From the NCBI GenBank assembly GCA_011109175.1, contig RDEW01000022.1:925339-989338 (forward strand): a stretch of 64,000 nucleotides of DNA. Direction: 5' to 3'. The notes under the pieces were generated by a model. That model was not told where the DNA came from and searched no databases. It saw only the letters and a program-made list of their open reading frames with translations. Source of the stretch: Dicyema japonicum (taxonomy: Eukaryota > Animalia > Dicyemida). Position 1 is the stretch's first letter, and every line of letters begins with the position of its first letter. The position numbers and the translations under genes were made by a program. Positions 1 to 11,321 of this stretch are shown in pieces.

Positions 1-430
1 CATCCGAAGGTCCGAAAGGGTGTCTTTTATTATGCACTCCTGTGATAACCTCTGGTGTATCACTTTCTCTAAGATTTTAGCGACGGCAAGCAACAGGCTA
101 ATAGACCGGTTTCCGGAGGTTTTCCTGGTTTCTTTACAAAAACTTTTGAACGCCTAGGAACGTTACCCAGCATGAGGCTACCGTTATACGGTCTTATCAG
201 TCCCCCGAGTAGACTTATCGAAGGTGCTTCAAAAGGTCAATCGAAATCTTGCCCTGGCCCGGCTGCTTGTTCTTCTACTTCCGTATAGCAGCTAGGACCT
301 ATTCCATAGCTATTACCTGGAAAGAAGTGCTCCCACTATCTTCATCTAGTAATAGGGAAGATTTTCCTCGTATCTACACTTCGTTCGATTTCGCATAAAT
401 TTTTTTCTAAGTATTATTTTACTCAAAATC
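1..430 (-). mobile_element. Degenerate non-LTR retrotransposon RT fragment (Jockey-like), runs off the window start
   Basis: Minus-strand translation gives KPGKP..RSISLLLAVAKILEKVIHQRL, preceded by AAGPG and LGNVPRRSK, which resemble the KxPGPDG / LGxFPxxWK / RPISLLxxxxKILEK motifs of LINE RT. Frameshifted. Confidence 0.6.
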
Positions 431-1195
431 AGGCCTGGTATGCGAGGGCTATTTTCCCACAAAGTTTGTTTTCAAGAATATCTCTGAGGGAAGCATCCAT
501 CTCCTCCAGGTTCACTACAAAATTTCCATTTAAGAGAAAAGAGTTTTTTATCCATGAACGACTCTAGACTGTCTCAGTGGTTAGAGCCCAAGTAATATAG
601 CTAGGGCAACCGAAAGTCAACGAAGTCAACTTGAGCTCTTTGTTTTATTTGTAGTGTTAAAATGCGATTAATCAAATTATTTTAATAAAAAATGTTTATA
701 TAAAAAGTTATAAATGCAATAAAGTCAAGTTTTACTTTTACGGTCAACTTTTATTTTGAGCAATTTTTTATTTATTAATAATAAAAAATATTATAAATTA
801 TTATAGCAATTTTTATTTATTAATAATAAAAAAATATAGCAATTTTTTAACATTGATATAATTTCAAACTGCACGTGTCTTCGGTTCTTGTTGACTGTTT
901 TTTATAATGCCTAAAAACAAAATTTTTATATTTCTAATATTTGCTTTAAATCTTGTAATAGATGTAATAAGGACGACATACTCTTCGTTTTCAACGTTCT
1001 CAATAAGATCCTTTTCAATTTCGCTTACCTTGGATGCTATTTCATTCTTGTTTAGGGGTTTCAAGTCAGTAGCTTCTTCATGGATGAGTATCTCAGTATC
1101 ATCAATTAATGATGTTACTTCTTCGCTATTTTTTTAGAATAATTTATAGACATAAATTCTTCGATTTCAATCGTATCGTGAATACCCGACTTTTT

Positions 1196-1480
1196 TTAGA
1201 ATTTGAAAACAAATTTTGATTGTTTTAGGGGATTCATCTTCTCAGGCCATTTTATAAATAGAACAGTGTCTTTAAGGTTCAAATATGATTCATAAACTGA
1301 TTTTTCCAATAATCCAGTAAGATACTCCAATTTGTGTCTATTAATGTGGACTTTGAATGTGTTAATAATTCCCAAATCCATTGGCTGAATTATTCCTGTA
1401 GCATTTTAGGAAAGAACATTATTTTAATATTTTCCAAATTCTGATCCTTTTCCCATGCATCTTTCCAAAATGACAACTCA
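1196..1480 (-). mobile_element. pogo/Tigger DDE_1 transposase remnant
   Basis: ENIKIMFFPK-NATGIIQPMDLGIINTFKVH (one frameshift) matches the pogo-family FLPPNTTSxxQPMDQGII motif. Confidence 0.65.
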
Positions 1481-1749
1481 TCTTCTGTAACTTTACAATC
1501 ACTATTATTGACGTCATCGTTGAGCCTCCAATGAAACTTTTCTTGTTCAGCTCAAAACAAAAATTATCTTGTCTAAAGGATTTTTGATTCATGAATTGAG
1601 ATTTTTTTACCAAGATCTTGATTTTGTCTTCAATTAGGGTAGAGATTTTTTTCAGTTCTCCCTTCTTTGATTTCTTTATCCCAACGAGCATTAAAATCAT
1701 GCGTTTTCTCCTTTTCTTACTTTGACTGCTTCCCAGTAAACTCATGGAC

Positions 1750-2480
1750 TAAGGCACAATTTTCTTTGAATTTGGCAATTCTCTTCTCCACGTTTTCCCT
1801 CCTAAAGCTTTTTTCTGATTGCTTCTTTTTGAAATTCTCATATGCAGATTGTGCAGCATTAATAATGTCAGTTATCTCATTCATTCCGTGGCGGAGATGA
1901 TGACACATTATTGGATATCACTGCATGTAATGTAGTAGGAACATCCTTTTTAAGGAACTTATATGGAATCTTCTGTGTAGGTTTCCTTCTATCTCGGGGA
2001 ACTGATTTATTTCTCTCAAGTTGAACATAAAATTCTTCTTTGCATCTTCCATACACGGAAATTTCTGTTTTTGGTAAGTTGTTCTCTGAGCCTCCTGATC
2101 CGATTAAAGCATCTCAACTTATCTGGTCCACGCGCGTCTCTTAGGCTTTACATTCAATAGTTTTCTAGCGTTGAGTACACTTTTATGAGTGGAGAAACGG
2201 GCATTGAATTGCGGGACGATGAGACTCCATCCACCCAAGGGATTGTCCCGAATTTCCTTTTCGCAGAGTTGACAACCATTTGAGATCCATTTGATTCTGT
2301 CACCTGATCGAATCTCAGTGATTAATGTTTTGAGGGACAGCAGATGAGCAAAACATTTCCCACAGGAGATCGTATGCTCGTTCCATTGGCATCATGTAGT
2401 CCTAAAGACACACTTCTCAATTCTAACTGGTCTCTATCTTCGATATTCTCTGTAAGACGGCCCTCTGGATTTGTAGCAAA
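1750..2480 (-). mobile_element. Possible degenerate N-terminus (zinc fingers + Myb) of an R2/NeSL-type RLE retrotransposon
   Basis: Minus frame reads CGKCFAHLLSLK...CQLCEKE...KPKRRAWTR*VEML: two CxxC motifs followed by a Myb-like RRxWT motif. Contains stops and no RT was found. Confidence 0.35.
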
Positions 2481-2885
2481 CTGGTAAAAACAGACATACA
2501 CACGACCACTAGAACAAATTTTATTTAATTTAAATCAACAAATATACAAATCAATATATTTTAGTTTTAATTTATCTTCTTCAATACAAAAAATCGCAAC
2601 TCTCGACCATTTTTAGTAATGCAAACCACGGATCGCTTGAAACTGAAACTTTGAACAAATCGTTTGATTTTATCCCTTTCTCTTGAGTCAATGAATTTAT
2701 CGAGTTTTCCCGATTCACTGAAAATCTTAATATTTAAATTGCTTCTCTTGTTATTTCCACTAGAACCATACTTTATAATTGATATTTTCAAAAAAAAACT
2801 ATGTAAAAGTTTTATTTTTTATTATTAATAATTTCTTCTAATGAAATGTTTTCTGAAAAATGTTTTTTTCGTATTTGAGCATTGA

Positions 2886-2965
2886 CCTCTCGGCTTTTGT
2901 TTACTTTAACGTCTTTCTCGGTGTATCCGGGGTTAATTAAATTAAACTAAACCTTTCGGCTTTGG
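2886..2965 (+). mobile_element. ~50-bp 3' end of the SINE-like family, flanked by a near-perfect direct repeat
   Basis: TTTACTTTAACGTCTTTCTCGGTGTATCCGGGGTTAATTAAATTAAACTAA lies between ACCTCTCGGCTTT (2886) and ACCTTTCGGCTTT (2951). The same tail occurs at ~37730, ~54320 and ~54915. Confidence 0.55.
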
Positions 2966-3782
2966 CGTCTCGCAGATCTGGACTATAATTTTTAAAAATT
3001 GTGGAAAATTTCAGAATTGGTAAATATCATTGAAAAATAGAAAATTATTATAAGAATGACAGATTTCAGAAGTGGAAAATTCAAAAAGTTGCAAATTTGA
3101 GAGCGTTTACTGTATTAATAAATTTATTAAAAATTTATAAGCGGTTCCCCGACGGAACCATTACATCAACGTACTGTGACATAAATAACCGATTTTACGT
3201 GATAGAATTATTATTGTTTCAAAATTTGTTAAAATTATCGCTAATAACAGAAATAATTTCAGTATGGGAGTATGCGTCCAGTGATCCGGCAAACATGTCG
3301 ATGCACGAACCAGTATTGTTGCTCTGGGAACGTTCGTCTAGAAGGACGAGCGTAGATTTTAAGCGTATGAACGTCTTCTGACCACGTAGAACGTTCATAA
3401 CCACGACCTATCAATTTGACGCCATTGACAGAAATCAACTGTTTTTCTCTAGTGGTCCTGTTTCTCCCCATTTAATGACCCTGTTTCGTCCCATCGTCGT
3501 CGACTGTAGCAATCTTTTGACATGCCTAGTCTACGGTTTACACCCCCTTCAGCATAGGGCTACTACCCTATGGTTATTCGTCGAGTTGACCGAATTTAAT
3601 TGATCATTAAGCGTTATTAACTTGGATTTAAATTTGAAATTTAATGTGGCCGTAAATTTTCCATTACCATGTTGGAGTTAATTAACCCGGCCTTTTCCGT
3701 TTCTAATCAAACGTAGCAATAAAAATAGCATTATAAATCCTAAGATTTTTATCGTAAAACTCAAGTTTATTGCAATATTCAG

Positions 3783-5024
3783 TCAAACATGATTCTTAAC
3801 GAAATCTTGATTTCTGTAAAAGTCCAAATATTCATCGGGGAACTCATCGATGAGATTCATAGACTTCATTCGAATCCAATTGGCAAGGCACTTCAAAGAA
3901 GACGGATTATATTCGGCATGAAATTTGTTAGCGAAAAGAGCTTTGCTTGTAATCGCATTTTGCAAATCTTGTGCTCCCAATATACAGACAGTTCGAACAT
4001 AGAATCCATAGCACGCACGTGGGTACCATATTTTGTAGCGATTTCCAATTTTGTCACATTTGAATGAATCTGATTTCAAAGGATCGATGTGGGCTTAAAT
4101 ATGAACATATATTACCAGCCAGAGATCCCGGGACGTTCAGAATCCTCGAATTAAAGTTTAATGTCGAATAAAATGTTTCGTCGGGAAATTCTGCGTCTTC
4201 CAGCCATTTTAATAAAACGGAAGAATTTGAATTTTCAAAAATATAGCCGATAAATCCTCGACAGAAAACGCCGTTTACTGGTCCCTTATACGGTTCCAAG
4301 CCGAGTGGGGGATTTGGGTCCTTTTTTCCATATCTGTCTTTTCTAACGTAAAAATCAAAGGATACGGCAATTCCCGAGTTACCCCAATCCAGTTTGAGCC
4401 ATTGAGGGCTTTGGTTATTCTAACAATTTCATTATTTGATTTTAGCGGGAATTCCTCCCCCGTTAGATTTATCAAATACTTCCAATCCGTGTACTTCTCG
4501 TATAGTATCTTCATGCACTCTAGCTCCGGCAGTAAATTGGTCATTTCCCCCCATTGGACGTCGTGGGAGCTAATGACTACCACATTTTGGAGACAACTCG
4601 TGATATTTTTAACACTTTGGAGAAATTCTGTGCTTGATTTTTTATCCACGTGGATGCAATAATAGTTGTTGGTTCGATAAATCGTCCTTAGCAGCTGTTC
4701 AAACTGTCGAGAATTCCTGTAGACGATCAAGGTGTAGGCCAGAGGATTCGCCCGCTCTTCCTGGGAGAGTGGATATGAATAATATCCACGTGACTGAGCA
4801 TTTTCATTGCAGCTTGTGACTCGAATATTTCCCATATATGATTTGTCCACTTCTTCCCTCAGTTTTGAGATTTCTTCTGAATTTCCATCAAGCAGTGAGA
4901 AGCAGTCTACTTTGTTGAAGTCTTCCCTGACGAGCTTGGAAAGCAGAAAACCAACACTCAGAAATATTATCACACCCTTTGCTATTTTCATTAACCGAAT
5001 TTGCCTATACAGGCCGATCATCAT
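3783..5024 (-). CDS. Core-2/I-branching beta-1,6-N-acetylglucosaminyltransferase (GT14, GCNT-like)
   Basis: N-terminal TM segment and the motifs PLSQEE.NPLAYTLIVY, YCIHVDKKS, WKYLINLTGEEFPLKSN, PDETFY, FANKF. Three ORF pieces are joined in frame by GT-AG introns at 4343-4365 (23 nt) and 4094-4115 (22 nt). Confidence 0.92.
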
Positions 5025-5149
5025 CGATTTGTGGGGAAATGTCGGTAATATGGGTAATTAGTAACGACCAGTCTTGTGGTTGAGCCGTAAGATCTTTTAC
5101 GTATCTTTGATGTCACAAGGAGATCAAGTGCCGAGTAAGAATTTGAAAT

Positions 5150-5530
5150 TTCCACTTGGGATCACTCAAAACTGAACTTTTTCATTTTCAGGAGTTGCTT
5201 AAATTTGATATTCCTCAGTGGATGATCGATTCATTCATCCAAATTTTAAACTCTGATTCTGAATTAATGGAGGAATTAATAGACCACAAAAATAATACAT
5301 TTTATGAAATTAACATTCAGAATATCTCAATTTCTCTGTTCTGGAAAAATTCAAAGATTACATAACAGTATTCCAAATAGTGTAATTCGGTACTTTCCAA
5401 CTTCATGTCCTGTTGAGAAAATTCAGCTCAATTATTTATTATTAAGGTGGTGGAAATTTGTAGATAAAGTGATATTTAAAATGGACAGCGGGAAAAAAAG
5501 GTTAAATTCCACTAGAGGATGGATTTAGTC
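5150..5530 (+). mobile_element. hAT transposase C-terminal (dimerisation) remnant, SCAND3/Charlie-like
   Basis: LLKFDIPQWMIDSF..ELMEELID..FW....FPTSCPVE...RLNSTRG resembles hAT IPxWIINPF/LQEELI/FPSSYLVE/RNRL..RGD. Confidence 0.6.
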
Positions 5531-6119
5531 GGTGTTCTTTGGTCATTCAGACTGTTTGCGCTGGGGCTACCAAAAATCGTACGTTTGGGTTAATTAAATT
5601 CAGATTATCAAAATTAAAAATTATTTAAACACACGATTAGACAGCTAAAACCACATTTGAAATAGTTGAACCACAAAAATGTGAAAATATTTTTTGATTT
5701 TAAAACGTGTTTTATTTAAAATCTTTTTTAAATCTTTTAAAAAATTTATTACTGAAAAAAGTGAGCAATGTTAATATGGTGGCCTGAATTGAAAATTATT
5801 TTGCAGTTTACGGTTTCCGAAGTGGCAACAACCTGAGTCGAGGGAATGGAAAACATGCTCGTTTCCTGACTTGGAAATGTCAATTAAATCCAATTCACTT
5901 GTTTTGCTGACAAATGGTCTTCGACTCTCTTGAAAACGCAGTATAAACCTTTAACAGAATAACTCACTCGCCTGTAAAAGTATCCATAAAAATAACAGCC
6001 AATAATCCGACAAAATTAATCGACCACCAAACTCGCTGCACATCAATCGCACAATCTCACTTTAACTCAATCAGAGTTACTTTCATTTAACTATGATGTA
6101 TTGCTTGTCTCTACACAGG

Positions 6120-6480
6120 AAGTTATGGGAGACGTATTTCTATGGAAGGACTGTTAATTTTCAGATCGTAATACGAAAATATAGTGGATTCCCTGGTTCT
6201 TGACAGAACTGGAAAAATGACTCCAACAGGAGAGTGTCGAGAGACATCACCTAATACGGAATCCAAAATAACTGGGATGGAAAGCAAAAAAACTGAATTT
6301 GATATTCTTATATTCAGAGTCATCAATTCCAGCAAATCTAAATTAGTTTCTTTTGCACTCATCATTGAGACGTTGGATGATGACCAGGTTAAGTCTCTCA
6401 TATTACCTAGCAGAGCCTCACATTGATGGAGGCGTTACCACCAACTGCATGGTCACGATCTCGGTTGATATCTGACGCGT
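6120..6480 (-). mobile_element. Degenerate CR1/L2-like LINE RT C-terminal fragment
   Basis: LLG..RDLTWSSNVSMMSAK resembles LGVxxDxxLxWxxHVxxIxxK. Heavily decayed. Confidence 0.35.
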
Positions 6481-6619
6481 CTGGATGGATCATAGTTAAT
6501 GCAACTCTGTATTTTTGCAAATCTCTTAGATCTTGTGGTCTGCAAACCAAGATGTCTTTGCGCTTCCCTGCCGAATTATGGCAATTTTAGCATCGTCGCG
6601 GACAGCACTTTCATTCTTT

Positions 6620-7050
6620 AGCAGAAGAGTTTCCATTATGGATAATCTTCACCAGTGGATTTGTCCTGGGAGAATGTAGAAAGATTCCTTTCAATACCTT
6701 TGTCATGCCAAGAAGAACTCCTCGCCTCACGTCTGGGTCCTGTTTGAAAAGAATTATCAAGACCAAAAGGATAACGTCTGCTTGTACCGACCAAATCCAT
6801 CCTTCAATAGTCCATTGCAGGTTTCCGCTTCAAAAGAGAAGTGGAAGTGGTAAAGCAGGTCTTCCATTTTCGTCGCAAGTCCTACCGTCGTGGACATTAA
6901 ACTTCATTCTTTAGCTGGGAGACTTTTCATAATGGATAATCTTCAACATTGGATTTGGCCAGGAGAGGTAGAAAGATGCCTTTCAATAACTGTGTCGTGT
7001 CAGAAGGACAGGTCATCTCACGGGTGGGATCTGGTTGATGAGTATTCCTA
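6620..7050. repeat. Imperfect direct duplication (~130 bp; copies at ~6620 and ~6915)
   Basis: Both copies share ...CATAATGGATAATCTTCA.CA.TGGATTTG.CC.GGAGA..GTAGAAAGAT.CCTTTCAATA... Confidence 0.6.
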
Positions 7051-7059
7051 ATCATCCTC

Positions 7060-7390
7060 TACGTCATCCCCGACCATAATTTTCTGTTGCTCGTTAGTTC
7101 TCTTAGATAGTCTAGGTCGTCCGCCGTTTCCATTATAATGTTAGATGCTGACCACGCTCTTGTAACACAGTGAATCAGGCCCTGATGGACTGCAAATCCG
7201 AGACCATAATGTAGGCAGGCCGATGAGAGGATAAAAAGTGGAATTTTCCAAACAGTTCTGTAAATTGTACGGTCGTTTTTGTTTCTTGTAGACAGAGACG
7301 TCGTATTTTTATTAGATCGCATGCCATTTGGTGTTTCTTGTAAGGTTGTTTAAGTCCCCTGCAATTAAAAGATCCCAGAGTGAACGGAGA
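7060..7390 (-). mobile_element. RTE-type LINE AP-endonuclease 5' fragment, head-to-head with the full-length copy
   Basis: LGSFNCRGLKQPYKKHQMACDL...LCLQET and HYGLGFAVH, the same motifs as in the element at 7737. Confidence 0.65.
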
Positions 7391-7736
7391 AGTTATTGTT
7401 GAGGTGGTGACGACGCATCTATTGCACTGTCTTATTCGTATTCCTTACCGACTTATGAAATTAAATAAAAACTGAAATAAATAAAATCTAAGGTTCGTAC
7501 GTCAATAGTTTGTAAATTAATAATTTATTTTGTAAATTAAAAATAAAATATTTTGAATTATAGAGTAATTTTGGTTGACGTGCTGACTAGTTAACTGGTA
7601 TCAATACCTACCTAATATGGACTTTGGGATTACTTAATTTGGCAATAACTCATCTTCTTTCATGTGGTCATTGGGTTAATAAATTAAATTGAGGCGATGA
7701 CGTCCTTTATTTGCACTTAATGCTTCCATCGCCTTT

Positions 7737-10700
7737 TTTTGGTGAGGTGGTGACGTGCCTCGTTTCTTGATTGGATCGCAATTGAGAAAAATGTCTAAAA
7801 GGCAATGGATACAAAGGGATGCATCTCGTCTAAAAGTCCTTACGTTCAATGCTAGAGGCTTATCTACGACCTGGTCGAGGAAGATTCTCTGTGATGACCT
7901 GGAGAGATACGACGTATCTATTGGGTGTCTACAAGAGACGAAAGTTACTTGTAGCCTTGATGAAAACTTTGGCGAATATCGAATTATATGTCAGCCGAGC
8001 GACTCAAAACATTATGGACTTGGATTTGCCATCCACTCAAAGTTGACAAGTGCAGTCCACCGTATATGGAGTGTGAATGACAGGATCTGTGTTATACAAA
8101 TCCGGCTAAACGACTTACCTCCTTCGAAGAGCTTTCTGACAATTGTAAATGTTTATGCGCCACACTGCGGGAGAGTAGCGAAAGATCCGACAGAACTAGA
8201 CGACTTCTATTCAACACTGTTACGGACGTACAACGAATATGAGTCGTCATCACTAATACTCATTGCTGGGATTTGAATGCAAAAGTCGGGATGAAGAATA
8301 ACCCGGATGATGTTTTCTTGGGAGAACATGGACGTGGAATAAGAAATTTACCCGGGACAATACTTGGTCACTTTTGTATGGCAAACAACCTTTTCCTATG
8401 CAATACTGCATTTACGCATCCTGCCTGCCACAAAACTACGTGGATGGGGAAGCGAAGGAACTCAGAAGGAAAGCTGGTCCCAATATACAACCAAATCGAT
8501 TATGTCATATGCCGGGCTAAAGACAAACACCTTCTAGTAAACGCACGTTCATATGAAGGTTCGACGACTGTCAGCGACCACAAGATGGTTATTGCGACCT
8601 TCACCCTGAAAAAACATGCCATTAAATACAGGAATGCAAAAAATCACGAATTTGAGAAAATCAGAGGCGACTACGCGACTGAAAGGCTGATTTCTCAACC
8701 GGAGACTACTGAGAGATATCAACAATACATTCAGACTAATTTGCAGGACGTATTGGTGGATACCACGCTAGAAGACGCCTGGAAACGCACAAAGGACACC
8801 ATCAACGAAGCTGCTGAAGCATGTCTTGGCAAAAGGGAGAATAGTAAAATGCACCTGAAGGCTATTCATCCAGATGTTCCTGAGCTTGCGAAAAGTCTAA
8901 AAGAAATAAATATGAGAAAATCAAATGCCACTGACACTAATGCGATAAAAGCCCTTCAAGGCGAAAGACAACGTGTCAGAAGAAAAATAAAGGGTCTGAA
9001 CAAGAAGCTTTTCATAGAAGAAATAGCCTCCTGTATAGAAGAAGTAAACAAAGTGAAAGACAACGCACAGGTGTACGTCGCTGCCCGTTTGCTGCGGCGA
9101 ACAAACCGAAGTCGACTAACCATAAAAGACGAGAACGGTAAGCTGATACTGAACACCAAAGAACAAACTGAAGCCATCGCGGCTCACTTTGAGAAGCTTT
9201 TCAACATCAAAACCATAGAAATCCACCCATTTGATGGAAGGCCAAGACCCCTTAGATACCAATCACGGCCGAGGAAATCAAAACGGCCTGCCGAAAACTC
9301 AAGAATAACAGAAGCCCCGGACCAGATGCGATAAACCCAGAACTACTGAAATACGGCCCTGACCTCCTTTTTGAAAAAATCGCTACACTACTAAATGAAA
9401 TGTTTTCAACTAACTCAACTCTACCTCTGGGTACGGGACTACTAATCCCCATACAAAAAACTAACAAAAACAGAGGACCGCTCGAAAATTTGCGACCCAT
9501 CATACTACTAAATTCATTACGCAAAGTCTTGGCAAACATTGTGCTTGAACGAATAAAAGGACCTGCTTACAAATACCTACCAGATAGTCAAAGTGGTTTT
9601 CGAGAAGGGAGATCCACAGCTGATGCGGTCTGGAGTCACAGATGGAGGTGTGCAACATATCAAAGATACCGTAACGCCACCAATATTTGGGAATTGACCT
9701 ATCAAGAGCTTTTGATACGGTTAACAGGAACAAATTAATGGGGGTACTGGGCGGATTTCTTGATGAATCGAGTCTAAGGATGATCCGAATTCTACTTTCT
9801 AACACTGAGCTCCTTGTGAGAGTCGGAAAAACCTATTCAAGAAAATTTGAAACAAATACGGGCACTCCACAAGGAGACTCTCTTTCTCCTCTACTATTCA
9901 CAATTTATTTGGAAGCCGCTATGAGGGAACTTAGACCGTCATACCAAGGAAAGACGGAAGAAGTAATCTACGCGGACGATGTAGACCTAATTTCTGAAGA
10001 CAAAGAGGTCCTGGAAAACCTATTAGAAAAAGCACCAGATGTACTAGGGAAATGGTTTCTTACTGTGAACAGAGAAAACAGAACTCACAGAGATAAGAAG
10101 GATGAGTAACGTCCTAGAAGAGAAGTGGCGACAAGTAAAGAAACTCGGTTCACTTATGGGAGATAGCGAAGATATTTTATGTAGGAAAACTCTAGCCAAT
10201 GCTGCGTTATATAAACTGAAGAATTTATGGCTCAATCAAAAAGGCATCGACACGAAAATGAGAATCCTACTATACGACTCATTCATAAAACCCGTACTTT
10301 TATATAACGCTGGAACTTGGGCGACCTCATCAGCGGATATGAAAAAACTAGACTCGTTCCACAGAGGTCAGCTGAGAAAAATAACAGGAACTACTTGGCC
10401 TACGAGAATATCTAGGAATGCTTTATATAAGAGATGCAGCACTAGACCTATCAGCTTAGAAGTACTGGAATCCCGATGGAGGCTCTTCGGACACGTGCTG
10501 AGGATGGAATTAACTTCCCCACCGAACATATCTATGGAAACATACTATGTTAGTCAAGAAGGCCGCTATCGGGAAGACCAAGAACAACACTGCCAATAGT
10601 CTTACAAAAAGACCTGGTCAGTATAAAAAAAAACCTAACAAATGCCGACGACCTGGACAGCATGAGAGCCTTAGCTAGGAACAGGGGAGCATGGAAAAGG

Positions 10701-10789
10701 ATGACATCTAACCTTGTTTCTTTTGCTGCACATGCGGGGCTATAATTAGTATGGCTCTTGTGAAGTGCTTAAATAATATAATAATAATA
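7737..10789 (+). mobile_element. Near full-length RTE-clade LINE (APE + RT) with 9-bp TSD and (TAA)n tail
   Basis: APE motifs TFNARGL, CLQET, HYGLGF, NVYAP, NQIDY, SDH. RT motifs LRPIILLNSLRKV, QSGFR, GIDLSRAFDTV, GTPQGDSLSPLLF, YADD, RWRLFGHVLR. TSD ATCGCCTTT at 7728-7736 and 10790-10798. The ORF is broken into five pieces by frameshifts. Confidence 0.93.
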
Positions 10790-10798
10790 ATCGCCTTT

Positions 10799-11010
10799 CA
10801 AAGATCTGCACCTTTAACTCTTGGCTAATTCAACGTAGCGAAATTAACGGAGATGCTAAAAGTTAAGTTGTTCACAGATCTTCTTGAATACGGTGTATCC
10901 GTCTGCTGCCTACAGGAGTCTGAAATTAGGCATCAATGCAATATGAAAATAAATGAAGAGAGTTAAAAGTGCCCTATTACTGTACCTCCATTTTGGACTT
11001 GGTTTCCCTT
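10799..11010 (+). mobile_element. Older RTE copy (APE 5' part) into which the young RTE inserted; its head lies at 7690-7736
   Basis: TLG.FNV..L...DLLEYGVSVCCLQES...HFGLGF follows the right TSD directly, and a head-like GAGGCGATGACGTCC precedes the left TSD. Confidence 0.65.
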
Positions 11011-11321
11011 GTATATGATTTGTAGATGCAATAAGCGTCTGTTGTTCTCAAGTCCTCCTTAGAAACGAATTTGTTTTCTTACTTTCGGGCAAACTAACAT
11101 TTGAGTCTTCCCCTTCCACACAGATTCGATGTCTAGATCCTCGAGAGAATCATTGAGGAGGGAAAAAAGATATCCAGTTATGCGAGCCAACTTATCAGAA
11201 AGTTTTTTTAAATTTTAAAAATAAATTTGAAATTTATATTTAATTATATTTTCATTTAATTTTTTTATTGGTTAACACTAAATTAATAAAATAATAATAT
11301 CCAAATTAGATTATTATTATA

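Noticed and set aside
601-860. hAT/MITE beginning TAGGGCAA with AGTCAAC subrepeats
   Set aside because: No matching right terminus or TSD was found nearby.
2886-2970. U2 snRNA or a U2-targeted insertion (CTCTCGGCTTTTG resembles the U2 5' end)
   Set aside because: The similarity is limited to ~12 nt with no branch-pairing GTAGTA or Sm site, and is better explained as a TSD.
3056-3600. UBX-domain gene suggested by RFPDG and PRRTF
   Set aside because: I could not build a consistent spliced frame; left unannotated.
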